Assembly: GCA_045807325.1 (NCBI GenBank)
Contig: JBJMHP010000348.1
Span: 1 to 56,404, forward strand
Source of the DNA: Actinomycetes bacterium
GTDB taxonomy: Bacteria; Actinomycetota; CALGFH01
Direction: 5' to 3'
DNA length: 56,404 nucleotides
Shown here: one piece after another, positions 17,776-26,500 of the stretch
How positions within the stretch are numbered: the first letter of the stretch is position 1
How the letters are laid out: every line of letters begins with the position of its first letter
Notes under the pieces: generated by a model
What the model was told of the DNA's origin: nothing
Seen by the model: only the letters and a program-made list of their open reading frames with translations
Databases searched by the model: none
Position numbers and translations under genes: made by a program

Positions 17776-19011
17776 CTACCAGCCGCCGCGGTCCGACACC
17801 GCGAAGCCGAGCAGGTCGGCGGCGAGCCCGATCACGGTCGTGGTGGTCCGCACGCCGAGCAGCTGCGGCCGGAGCCGGGCCCCGGCGGCCAGGTGGCGAT
17901 CGTACGGCAGACGCGCCACCCGCACCCCCTGGGAGGCAAGGGTCCTGGTCCCGCGCTTGAGGTCGACGGCCTCGGTGTGGGGGCTCTGGCTGGAGAGGAC
18001 GACGACGGTGCGCGGGAGCAGGGAGGCCGAGGTCTGGCGCAGCCGGGCGATGGCCTGGTGGGCGCTGAGCAGGCCGTCGACGGTGGCCGGGGCGACCAGG
18101 GCGAGGGCCTGGGCGTCCTCGAGGACGCCCAGGTTGAGGCGGCTGGCCGGGTCCGGTCCGCAGTCGGTCACCAGCACCGCGAAGAAGCGCGAGAGGGCGG
18201 CCACGGCCGCCCGGTACGCGGGGAGGTCGAGCCGGGGGGCGGGGTCCGCGCTGGTCGGGCCGGTCAGCAGCCACAGGCCGCTGTCGGTCCGGCCCAGGTG
18301 GGGGTCGGCGTCCTCGAAGGCCTGCGGCTGGGGGGCGGCGCGGCCGAAGCCGGCCACCGGGCGGGGCGAGGCCGCCCCGGCCACCAGGGCCAGGGAGCCC
18401 AGCTCGGGGGCGGCGTCGACGGCCAGGACCCGGTCGGGCCGGGCGGCGGCGAGGGCGGTCGCGACCAGCGCCGCCAGCGTGGTCTTGCCGGCGCCGCCCC
18501 GGCCGCTCAGCACGGCGATCCTTCGGATGGTGGTCACCGGCTGACGCAGCCGCTCGGCCCGGGTGGTGGCCTCGCGGACCTCCCGCGAGGCGCCCATGCC
18601 CAGCACCTCCCGCACACGCCGGGCGGCCTGTCTGGCCACCGGGTCCCGGTGGTGCCTGGGCCGGGTGAACTGCTCCGGATCGAGGTCGCCCGGCGCCAGC
18701 CCGCGGCGCCCGTCCTCCTCGGGCCCCGGGACCACGGACCCGGCCCCGGGGTCGGCCCCCTGGAGGGGGAGCGTAGCCGACCCGGGAGTGGGGCGTGCCG
18801 GGTTGTCCACAGCCGGGGCCGCATCGGCTCCCGCGGCCGGGTCGGCGCTCGGGGATGAGTCGGGACCCTGAGCCGCATCGGTGCCCCGGGACGGGGCGGC
18901 ACCCGGGGCTGGATCGGCGCCCGGCGCCGGTTCAGGACCCATCCCCAGGTCGCGGAGGACCGACGAACCCCAGTCCTGCTCGGGGGGGTCTGGTTCTCGC
19001 TCCGGGCGCAT
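17776..19011 (-). CDS. T7SS-associated ParA/MinD-like ATPase (EspI-like architecture): long Pro/Ala/Gly-rich N-terminus plus a deviant Walker A domain
   Basis: RRIAVLSGRGGAGKTTLAALVATALA..VLAVDAAPELG..VLVTDCGPD. The ATG at 19011 overlaps the eccD stop (TGATG). The true start is uncertain because repeat copy C lies in the N-terminal region. Confidence 0.7.
   Translation of the reverse strand: MRPEREPDPPEQDWGSSVLRDLGMGPEPAPGADPAPGAAPSRGTDAAQGPDSSPSADPAAGADAAPAVDNPARPTPGSATLPLQGADPGAGSVVPGPEEDGRRGLAPGDLDPEQFTRPRHHRDPVARQAARRVREVLGMGASREVREATTRAERLRQPVTTIRRIAVLSGRGGAGKTTLAALVATALAAARPDRVLAVDAAPELGSLALVAGAASPRPVAGFGRAAPQPQAFEDADPHLGRTDSGLWLLTGPTSADPAPRLDLPAYRAAVAALSRFFAVLVTDCGPDPASRLNLGVLEDAQALALVAPATVDGLLSAHQAIARLRQTSASLLPRTVVVLSSQSPHTEAVDLKRGTRTLASQGVRVARLPYDRHLAAGARLRPQLLGVRTTTTVIGLAADLLGFAVSDRGGW
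18754..18816 (+). repeat. Dispersed DnaA-box-containing repeat, copy C (more diverged 5' half)
   Basis: ggccccctggaGGGGGAGCGTAGCCgacccgggagtggggcgtgccgGGTTGTCCACAGccgggg. It lies in-frame inside the N-terminal low-complexity part of the ParA-like ORF (..APAVDNPARPTPGSATLPLQG..). Confidence 0.65.
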
Positions 19012-20333
19012 CAGAACGTGTCGAGGAGGCGGCCGTAGATGCCGAACACCCCGATCGCCAGCGGGACGGCGGCGACCACGGCCACCGTCTCCAAGCGGTC
19101 GGCGAGGCGGCGTGACCGGGCTCTGACGTGGTCGACCGGCTCCACGACGAGGGCGACCAGGGTCATGACCAGGAGGGCCAGGACGGCGGCGAGGGGGGCG
19201 GCGGTGCCGGCGCGGTCCTGCCAGACGGACAGCAGTCCCAGCAGGATCCAGGCGGCCGCCGCCAGCAGGGCGACGACCTCGGCGACCAGGGGGTAGATGC
19301 GGGCCCGGCCGGCCAGGACGACGGCGCAGGCGGCGGCCAGCAGGACCGTCCAGCGGGTGGGGGCGGTCAGCAGCTGGCGGCCGGCCAGGGCGGTGGAGGC
19401 GGCGGTGGCGACCACGGCGACCGAGAGGCTGCGGTGGGTCGCCTCGATGGCCGCGACCGCGTCCCGGCGGGCCACCTCGTCGCCGGCCGTGCGGCGGTCG
19501 TCGAGGCTGGTGAGCCCGGAGGCGGTGAGGGCGACCCGTGGCAGCAGCCCCAGCAGGACGACGGAGGCGACGGCCAGCACGGCGGCCAGCCGGTCGGGGG
19601 TGAGGCCGGCCGACAGGCCGGCGCCCCAGGCCGCGGCCAGGCCGAGACCGAGCCCGCCGCCGACCACCCCGACCCGGCCGAGGGGCGAGACCAGGCCGAG
19701 GAGCACGGTGGCGGCGGCGGCCACGGCCGCGGCCACCACCAGCCGTCCCACCAGGGGTTGGCCGGCCGCGCCCGTGGCCGTCCAGGCCGAGACCAGCCCG
19801 ACCGCGCCGCCCCCGAGGACCAGCGCGGTCCCGGGCGGCTCGCGCAGCTGGGCGGCCACCATCCCGCAGGCGGCCAGGGTGAGCGCGACCACGGCCAGCG
19901 CCTGGGCCGTCCGCGGGTCGCTCCAGGGGCCGCGGAGCAGCAGCCAGGCAACGGCCAGGCAGGCGGCGACCACCCCGGCGGTGAGGGTCCAGCGGCGGGC
20001 GGCCGGCCCCCACCGCCAGGGCCGCCGGTCGCGGTCGTCGGACACCTCCTCGATGACGTCGTGGACGACCGGCGCCGGCGGCGCGTCGTGCTGGGCGACC
20101 AGCCGCAGCACGGCCCCGTCCTGGACCTCGGCCTCGGCCAGGGTCGCGTCCAGGGCGAGCACCTGCCCGGCCGCCCCGACCAGCTGCCGGGCCCGCGGCG
20201 GCGCCTGGGCCTCGTCGCCCAGGAGGGCCAGCAGGTCCGGCATGAGCGAGCCGACCGGCTCGGTGGACGGCAGCACCAGGTCGACCCGCCGGCGTTCGCC
20301 GACCAGGGTGACCCGGCTGTAGGGGACGTTCAT
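19011..20333 (-). CDS. eccD: Type VII secretion integral membrane protein EccD
   Basis: YukD/ubiquitin-like N-terminus MNVPYSRVTLVGERRRVDLVLPSTEPVGSLMPDLLALLG..DGAVLRLV, followed by about 11 hydrophobic helices. I chose ATG 20333; the track ORF extension is low complexity. Confidence 0.85.
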   Translation of the reverse strand: MNVPYSRVTLVGERRRVDLVLPSTEPVGSLMPDLLALLGDEAQAPPRARQLVGAAGQVLALDATLAEAEVQDGAVLRLVAQHDAPPAPVVHDVIEEVSDDRDRRPWRWGPAARRWTLTAGVVAACLAVAWLLLRGPWSDPRTAQALAVVALTLAACGMVAAQLREPPGTALVLGGGAVGLVSAWTATGAAGQPLVGRLVVAAAVAAAATVLLGLVSPLGRVGVVGGGLGLGLAAAWGAGLSAGLTPDRLAAVLAVASVVLLGLLPRVALTASGLTSLDDRRTAGDEVARRDAVAAIEATHRSLSVAVVATAASTALAGRQLLTAPTRWTVLLAAACAVVLAGRARIYPLVAEVVALLAAAAWILLGLLSVWQDRAGTAAPLAAVLALLVMTLVALVVEPVDHVRARSRRLADRLETVAVVAAVPLAIGVFGIYGRLLDTF

Positions 20334-20349
20334 GGCCGCGCCACCGAGC

Positions 20350-20622
20350 TCACCGCCCCGTCCCGGGTGCCGGGGCGACGGCCCGGGGCACCGCCCTGGC
20401 CGCGGCCTGCTGGTCGAGCTGGTGCTGGAGGAACGACCAGCCGACGCAGCCGGCACACAGCACGGCGGCGAGCACGGCCCCGCCGGCGGCCCGGCGCAGG
20501 TTGTTGTTGCTGGCCTTACGGCGGGCCCGCAGTGAGCCGTGGAGCAGCGCGTCCGCCAGCCGCTGGCGGCGGACCGCCACCGACTCCAGCAGCTGGGCGT
20601 CGTAGTCTCGCTCCATGGGCAT
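20350..20622 (-). CDS. Small single-pass membrane protein, unknown function (T7SS locus)
   Basis: MPMERDYDAQLLESVAVRRQRLADALL.. followed by a TM segment AAGGAVLAAVLCAGCVGWSFL. It is tightly packed between the immunity-like ORF and eccD. Confidence 0.55.
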   Translation of the reverse strand: MPMERDYDAQLLESVAVRRQRLADALLHGSLRARRKASNNNLRRAAGGAVLAAVLCAGCVGWSFLQHQLDQQAAARAVPRAVAPAPGTGR

Positions 20623-20645
20623 CGCCCCCGAGGGGAAGGTCGGCG

Positions 20646-20963
20646 CTACTCGTAGACGTCGTGGAGCCGCATCTCGATGGTGGCCAGGACCTCGGCGAAC
20701 TCGAGGTCGCGGTCGTCGCCGCTGGGCGTGCGCAGCAGCTCCAGGCGCAGCTCGTCGGCGATCCTGGCCAGCCGCTCGGCCAGCCGGACCGCCTGGTCGC
20801 GGTCGAGCAGGTCGAAGTGGAGGCCGTCCAGGGCGATGGCCTGCCGGACGGCGTAGTTGTCGGCCTCGTCATCGGTGGCGGCGGCCAGCCGCTCCAGCAG
20901 CGTCCGGTAGGCCCACCTGGACAGCGTGGTCGGCTCGTTGTTGGGGATGACGATGACGGCCAC
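20646..20963 (-). CDS. Candidate immunity protein (105 aa, acidic) for the upstream toxin candidate
   Basis: GTG 20963 directly follows the toxin stop codon (TGA-GTG, zero gap). The protein is small, acidic and non-secreted-looking (..ATDDEADNYAVRQAIALDGLHFDLLDRDQ..DDRDLEFAEVLATIEMRLHDVYE). The call rests on context. Confidence 0.55.
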   Translation of the reverse strand: MAVIVIPNNEPTTLSRWAYRTLLERLAAATDDEADNYAVRQAIALDGLHFDLLDRDQAVRLAERLARIADELRLELLRTPSGDDRDLEFAEVLATIEMRLHDVYE

Positions 20964-22469
20964 TCAGAACCCGATCCGCACGATCTTGTCCTGCTCGGTC
21001 GCGGGCAGGCCGTCGAGGTGGCGGCGGACGGCGGCGATCTGGTCGGGCGTGAAGCCGGTCAGGTCGACCACGGTGTAGTCGTTCGACTTCAGCAGGTGCT
21101 GGTCGATCGAGCGCAGGAACACCCGCTCGTTCCAGTACCGGGACGCCTCGGGGGTGCCGACGGCGTCATAGGACCGGCCCAGGTCGTCGACGTACTCGGC
21201 GCCGACATGCGGGCTCTCGTGGAAGGTGCGGTCGGCGAAGTCCGGCTGGGCCTTGAGCCGGGCCGCGGTCGCCTGCTCGGCCGGGCTGAGCCGGGTGGCG
21301 TCGGGGATGCCCTCGGCCCGCAGCCGGTCCAGGTCGGCCACGGCGTCGCCGGCCCCGCCGGCGGCGTGGTCCAGGCCGCCGGTCTGGAGGTCGGGGGTGC
21401 TCTGGTCGAGCTGGGTGGTGAGCTCGTCGACGGTCGGCAGGTCGGGGTCGAGCTTGCCGGCATCCTCGAGCTGGTCGGCGAGCTTGCCGACGTCGTCGGG
21501 CAGCTTGCCGGCGTCCTCGGCGGCGTCGGCGACCTCGTCGACCTTCCCGGCCTTGTTGAACTTGCTCACCTTGGCGATCTTCAGGGCCTTCAGCGCCGCC
21601 AGCGGCAGGGTGACCACGTTCCACAGCACCGTGCCGAAGGCGCGGGCCGGGTCCTGGCTCCACATGTCCCAGGCCACCAGCGCCTTGCCCAGGTTCTTCC
21701 AGGCCTCCAGGGCCTCGCCGGGGGCGTACAGCCACTTGCCGGTCAGGCTCCACAGCCCGCCCCAGGACGAGCTGAAGGTGTCCCAGTCGAACGGGTTGAC
21801 GAAGCCGACCAGGCCCTTGAGGTCGTCCCAGACTCCGTCGACGAAGAAGCCCTTGACCACCGAGACGCCGCCGTTCCAGACGTCCTTCCACCAGGGCTCG
21901 TCCTTCTCCTCGGGGGCGCCCCACGGCCGCTCGGCGTTGGCCGGGATCTCGGTCGGGCCGTAGGTGTCGGGGCCGCTGCCGCCGGCGTGCCACTGGCGCC
22001 CCCCGAAGCGGGCGTTGATGGCGTTGGCGGCCCGCCGCTCGGCGTCCTGGAGGGCCAGCACCTGCTGGTCGACGGCGGCCAGGAGGCCGTTGTGCTGGTC
22101 GACCTTGGCGCCGTCCTCGCGCCAGTCGTCGTCGCCCTGCACGCTGGCCACGAACGACGACGCCTCGGCCTGGAGCTGCTCCAGGCGCTGGGCGATGGGA
22201 CGGACCTCGGCCGCGTAGCCGCTGAGGGTGCCGGCCACGCCCTCCAGGTCGCCGCCGAGGTCGCTGGCCCGGCTGCGGACCGGCTCGGTGGCCGCGAACA
22301 GCTGGGCCGCCTCCGGGGCCTCGTAGAAGGCGGACAGGCCCTGCCAGGTCGAGTGGACGTCGCTGCCGGCCTCGCGGACGCCCTGGCCGGCCGTGCGCAG
22401 GCTGGACGCGTCGACCTCGAGGACGTCGACGTCGCCTCGGAACTGGGGGATGGCGCCCGGGTTGATCAT
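20964..22469 (-). CDS. Putative T7SS-secreted polymorphic toxin with an N-terminal WXG100/LXG-like domain, a Trp-rich central region, an acidic repeat linker and a variable C-terminal domain
   Basis: The N-terminal roughly 110 aa are helical and carry W-x-G (HSTWQGLSAFYEAPEA). The centre reads PWWKDVWNGG..WDTFSSSWGGLWSLTGKW..AWDMW. The linker is a DAGKL-type repeat. The C-terminal roughly 130 aa I could not assign to any family. It lies between the WXG100 genes and an immunity-like ORF. Confidence 0.65.
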   Translation of the reverse strand: MINPGAIPQFRGDVDVLEVDASSLRTAGQGVREAGSDVHSTWQGLSAFYEAPEAAQLFAATEPVRSRASDLGGDLEGVAGTLSGYAAEVRPIAQRLEQLQAEASSFVASVQGDDDWREDGAKVDQHNGLLAAVDQQVLALQDAERRAANAINARFGGRQWHAGGSGPDTYGPTEIPANAERPWGAPEEKDEPWWKDVWNGGVSVVKGFFVDGVWDDLKGLVGFVNPFDWDTFSSSWGGLWSLTGKWLYAPGEALEAWKNLGKALVAWDMWSQDPARAFGTVLWNVVTLPLAALKALKIAKVSKFNKAGKVDEVADAAEDAGKLPDDVGKLADQLEDAGKLDPDLPTVDELTTQLDQSTPDLQTGGLDHAAGGAGDAVADLDRLRAEGIPDATRLSPAEQATAARLKAQPDFADRTFHESPHVGAEYVDDLGRSYDAVGTPEASRYWNERVFLRSIDQHLLKSNDYTVVDLTGFTPDQIAAVRRHLDGLPATEQDKIVRIGF

Positions 22470-22481
22470 GGCCGTCCCCGC

Positions 22482-22787
22482 CTACCTGCCGGCGTTGCGC
22501 TGGGCGTGCTCGGCCATGGCCAGGTCGCCGTTCAGGTACGCCCTGGTGGCGTCCACCGCCCCCTCCAGCACCCGGGAGGTCCGGTCGACCAGGAACTGGA
22601 AGGCCGGCTGGTTGTGGGCGGCGAAGTCGACCAGCGCCTGGCCGACGATCTGGCTGCCGCTGGCCGCGACCGCACCCTGGACGGCGGCCTCGTAGGCCTT
22701 GCCGTGGCGCTCGAACGCCCTGGCCTGCTCGACCGTCCGGGACACCACGCTGCGGACCCCGGCCGGGTCAATGTCCCACCTGCCCAT
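22482..22787 (-). CDS. Small helical T7SS accessory protein (WXG100-like fold candidate; chaperone or partner of the toxin)
   Basis: MGRWDIDPAGVRSVVSRTVEQARAFERHGKAYEAAV.. The ATG overlaps the stop of the upstream WXG100 gene (ATGA). From memory it resembles small DUF proteins found upstream of 'putative T7SS-secreted protein' genes in Streptomyces; this is unverified. Confidence 0.55.
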   Translation of the reverse strand: MGRWDIDPAGVRSVVSRTVEQARAFERHGKAYEAAVQGAVAASGSQIVGQALVDFAAHNQPAFQFLVDRTSRVLEGAVDATRAYLNGDLAMAEHAQRNAGR

Positions 22788-23095
22788 CAGCCGATGGCGT
22801 CGACCGCACTCCTGGCCTGGGCCAGGGTGCTCTGGGCGGTGCCGTCGTTCTGCTCGAGGGTGCCGCGGACCAGGGCGATGATCGAGCGGACCTCGGTGGC
22901 GGCGCTGTTCCAGCGGCGCTCCTTGCCGTGGTACTGGTCGGACACGCCGTCGGCCTGGAAGTCGGACATGGCCTGCTTCACGTCGGCGTCCCGCTGGCCG
23001 ATCAGCGCCTCCAGGCGGGCGATGACGGTCTGGAGATTTCCCTGGGCCTCCTGGGAGGCGCCAACGTCGTAGCTGCGTCGGTCGGCGTTCGCCAT
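22787..23095 (-). CDS. WXG100 family type VII secretion target (EsxB-like)
   Basis: 102 aa, helix-turn-helix composition, ..AMSDFQADGVSDQYHGKERRWNSAATEV.. It is paired with a second roughly 100-aa gene next to eccC. Confidence 0.75.
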   Translation of the reverse strand: MANADRRSYDVGASQEAQGNLQTVIARLEALIGQRDADVKQAMSDFQADGVSDQYHGKERRWNSAATEVRSIIALVRGTLEQNDGTAQSTLAQARSAVDAIG

Positions 23096-23110
23096 GGCTC
23101 CTCCTCTCGC

Positions 23111-23446
23111 TCAGCCGCGGGTGCCGAAGCGGGCGGCGTCGAAGTTGGCCGCCCCCAGCCCGGTCTTGGAGTTGTCGGCCATCTCGGTCTCGCCCTGGAT
23201 GAAGGCGGTGTCCATGCCGTGGACCCCGCCGAGGATGGCCGACAGGGACGAGTTCAGGTCGGCCGTGATCTCGTCGGAGCGGGCCTTGAACGAGTCGAAG
23301 GCGGCCTTGCCGGCCCCGTTGAACCTGCCCTCCAGCGGCTGGGCGGCCGCGATCAGCTGCTTGATGAGCGCACCCAGGTCGCCGCTGGCCCCCTGGGTCT
23401 GCCTGGTCAGCGTCGACAGCGTCTGGCTGCCCACGTCGAATCTCAC
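23111..23446 (-). CDS. WXG100 family type VII secretion target (EsxA-like)
   Basis: 111 aa from GTG 23446 with GAGAGGAGAG upstream. ..AAQPLEGRFNGAGKAAFDSFKARSDEI.. carries F-N-G in place of W-x-G. Confidence 0.75.
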   Translation of the reverse strand: MRFDVGSQTLSTLTRQTQGASGDLGALIKQLIAAAQPLEGRFNGAGKAAFDSFKARSDEITADLNSSLSAILGGVHGMDTAFIQGETEMADNSKTGLGAANFDAARFGTRG

Positions 23447-23491
23447 CGGGCTCTCCTCTCGCCGATGCGGGTTCTGGCGGAACGGCGGCAT

Positions 23492-23497
23492 ATCATA
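23492..23497 (-). promoter_or_regulatory. Candidate -10 (TATGAT) for the esx operon
   Basis: It is the only AT-rich patch in the esxA<>eccC divergent spacer and lies 45 nt upstream of GTG 23446. Confidence 0.3.
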
Positions 23498-23568
23498 AGC
23501 GACCTCCCCCGACAGGAAGCAATCGCCGCGAACGTGACATCTCCCCCCTACAGCTTCGGGCCGGGCCG

Positions 23569-26500
23569 TTGAGGCGGCTGGTGCACCGGCCGGCGCGGGT
23601 GGTCCGCCCGGCCGGCCAGGCCGGGCCGCTCGGGATCGAGGCCCCGCCGACCCTGCCCGAGGGCCGGTCCAGCAACCCGGTGCAGGCGCTGCTCCCGGTG
23701 GCCGGGGCGACCTCGTCGCTCGGCATGATGCTGGTCTTCCGCAACCCGGCCATGCTGGCCGTGGGAGCCCTGATCATGCTCGTGACGGTGTTCGGCGGGC
23801 TGGCCATGCTGCTGTCCCAGAGCGGCCAGGCGGCCCGCCAGCGCCGCCAGCAGCGCGACCGCTACCTCGAGTACCTGGAGGAGCTGCGCCAGCGGTCGGC
23901 GGCCGAGGAGCACCAGGAGCGGGCCGCGGCCACGGCCCTCGACCCGCCACCCGCGGCCCTGTTCGACGTCGTCCGCGACCCGGCCAGGCGCTGGGAGCGG
24001 CGCCGCGCCGACCCCGACTTCCTCCGGGTCAGGGTCGGGATGGGCCCGGTTCCGGCCCGGCCCCTGGTGCTGGCCGACGGCGGCAGCTCGCTGCGGCCCA
24101 CCGACCCGTTCATGCTCGCCGAGGCCCGGGCGGTGGAGCGGCGCTTCGCCACCACCCCGCAGATGCCGCTGACCGTGCCCCTGGACCGGGCCGGGAACGT
24201 GAGCGTTGTCGGCGACCGGGCCGAGGCGCTGGGGCTGGCCAGGGCCCTGCTGGTGCAGGCGGCGGCCTGGCACGCCCCCGACGACCTGGCGGTGGCGCTG
24301 GCCTGCCCGCCCGGGTGGCTGGACGACTGGTCGTGGGCCAAGTGGCTGCCGCACCTGCTCGACCCCGAACGCCGCCACGGCCAGACCGAGGGCCGCCGGG
24401 TCGCGCCCTCGCTCGGCGAGCTGGCCCGGGCGATGGCCGGGGACCTGTCGGCCAGGGCGACCTACGCCGCCGAGGCCCGGCGGGGCATGGCCGCCGGCCA
24501 GGCCCTGGCCCTGGCCCGCCGGCTGCTGGTCGTCCACGACGCCCACGGCCAGGTGGCCGACGAGCTGCCCTCCCCCGACCAGGCGGTCCCGGCCAGGGAC
24601 ATGGGCGTCACCGTCCTCCATCTGGTCGCCGACCGGCTGCACGAGCCCGAGGAGGTGGCCGTCCGGGTCACCCTGGAGGACGGGCAGGTGGCGGTCGAGG
24701 ACCTCCGCGGCCCCGGCCCGCCGCCGGCGGTGGCCGGCGTGGCCGACCAGGTCCCGACCGCCCTGGCCGAGGGGCTGGCCCGCATCCTGGCCCCGCTGCG
24801 GCTCTCGGCCTCCTCGGCCGTCGAGGACAACCCGCACGCCGGCCCGGTGAGCCTGCCGGACATGCTCGGCGTCGACGACCCGGCCGACCTCGACCTGGCA
24901 GCCCTGTGGGCGCCGCGCGGCGAGCGCGACGTCCTCCGGGTGCCGATCGGGGTGACCGACGCCGGGGAGCCGCTGCTGCTCGACCTCAAGGAGCCGGCCC
25001 AGCTGGGCATGGGCCCCCACGGCCTGTGTGTCGGGGCCACCGGCTCGGGCAAGAGCGAGCTGCTGCGCACCCTGGTCCTGGCCCTGGCCGCCACCCATCC
25101 CCCCGAGCGGCTGGGGATGGTGCTGATCGACTACAAGGGCGGGGCGACCTTCGCCCCCTTCGCCGCCCTCCCCCACGTGGCCGGGGTCATCACCAACCTG
25201 GCCGACGACGCCGGGCTGGTCGAGCGGGTCCACGCCAGCCTGGCCGGGGAGGTGCAGCGCCGCCAGCAGGCGCTGAAGGATGCCGGCAACCTGGCCCACA
25301 TCGCCGACTACGCGCAGCTGCGGGAGCGCGACCCGGAGCTGGCTCCCCTGCCCCACCTGCTGGTGATCATCGACGAGTTCGGCGAGCTGCTCACGGCCAA
25401 GCCGGAGTTCATCGAGCTGTTCCTGACCATCGGCCGCATCGGCCGCAGCATCGGCGTCCACCTGCTGCTGTCCAGCCAGCGCATCGAGGGCGGCAAGCTC
25501 AAGGGCCTCGACACCTACCTGTCGTACCGGCTGGGGCTGCGCACCTTCTCGGCCGCCGAGAGCCAGGTCACCCTGGACACCGCCGACGCCTTCCACCTGC
25601 CACCCCTGCCCGGCTTCGGCTACCTCAAGGTCGGGACCGTCACCTACGACCGGTTCAAGGCCGCCTACGTCTCCGGGCCCGTGCGGCCGCTCTCGGCGGC
25701 CGAGCAGGCCCCACCGGGCGCCCGGCCGGCCCCGTTCACCACCGCCAACCGCGGCGCCGACGACGGCGAGGACGGCCAGGCGGAGGAGACCGCCGTCCCG
25801 GCCCGGAGCGCCGAGCCGGGGCTCCACCAGGTCGTGGTGGCCCAGCTCCAGGGGGCGGCCGCCCCGGTGCACCGGGTCTGGCTGCCGCCGCTGCCGGCGG
25901 CGGTCGCCCTGGACGTGGCCGCCGGCGGGGTCGAGGTCGGCGACCGGGGGCTCCAGCTGGCCGGCCGGGCCGGCCCCATGCGGGTGCCGCTGGGGCTGCT
26001 GGACGACCCGGCCGCCCAGCGGCAGGGGCGGTGGCTGCTGGACCTGCGCACCGGGGGCGGCCACGTGGCCGTGATCGGCGGCCCCCAGTCGGGCAAGACG
26101 ACGCTGCTGCGCACCCTGGTCGCCGCCCTGGCCCTGACCCACACCCCCCGGGAGGTGGCCGTCTACGGGGTCGACCTGGTCGGCGGCGGGCTCCTCCCCC
26201 TGGCCGGGTTCCCGCAGGTCGGCGGGGTCACCGGCCGGTCCGACCGCGAGCGGGTGCGGCGGACCCTCGAGGAGGTCAGGGGCATGCTGGAGCACCGCGA
26301 GGAGGTGTTCCGGGATCGCGGCATCGACTCGGTGGAGAGCCTGCGTCGCCGCCACGCCGCCGGGGAGGTCCCGGAGCTGCCCATGGCCGAGGTGGTGCTG
26401 GTGGTCGACGGCCTCGGGCTGGTCCGCTCCGAGCACGAGGAACTGGAGCCGCTGGTCGCCGACCTGCTCCAGCGCGGCGGCGGCTACGGCATCCACCTGG

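Noticed and set aside
17776-20013. 745-aa version of the ParA-like ORF
   Set aside because: The upstream extension overlaps eccD in another frame and is Arg/Pro/Gly-rich. An ATG at 19011 that overlaps the eccD stop gives a sensible coupled start.
19128-23072. 1314-aa plus-strand ORF spanning the eccD-to-esxB region
   Set aside because: The translation is Gly/Arg/Pro/Asp-rich low complexity with no recognisable domain. It lies antisense to a run of well-supported minus-strand genes, which marks it as a typical GC-rich shadow ORF.
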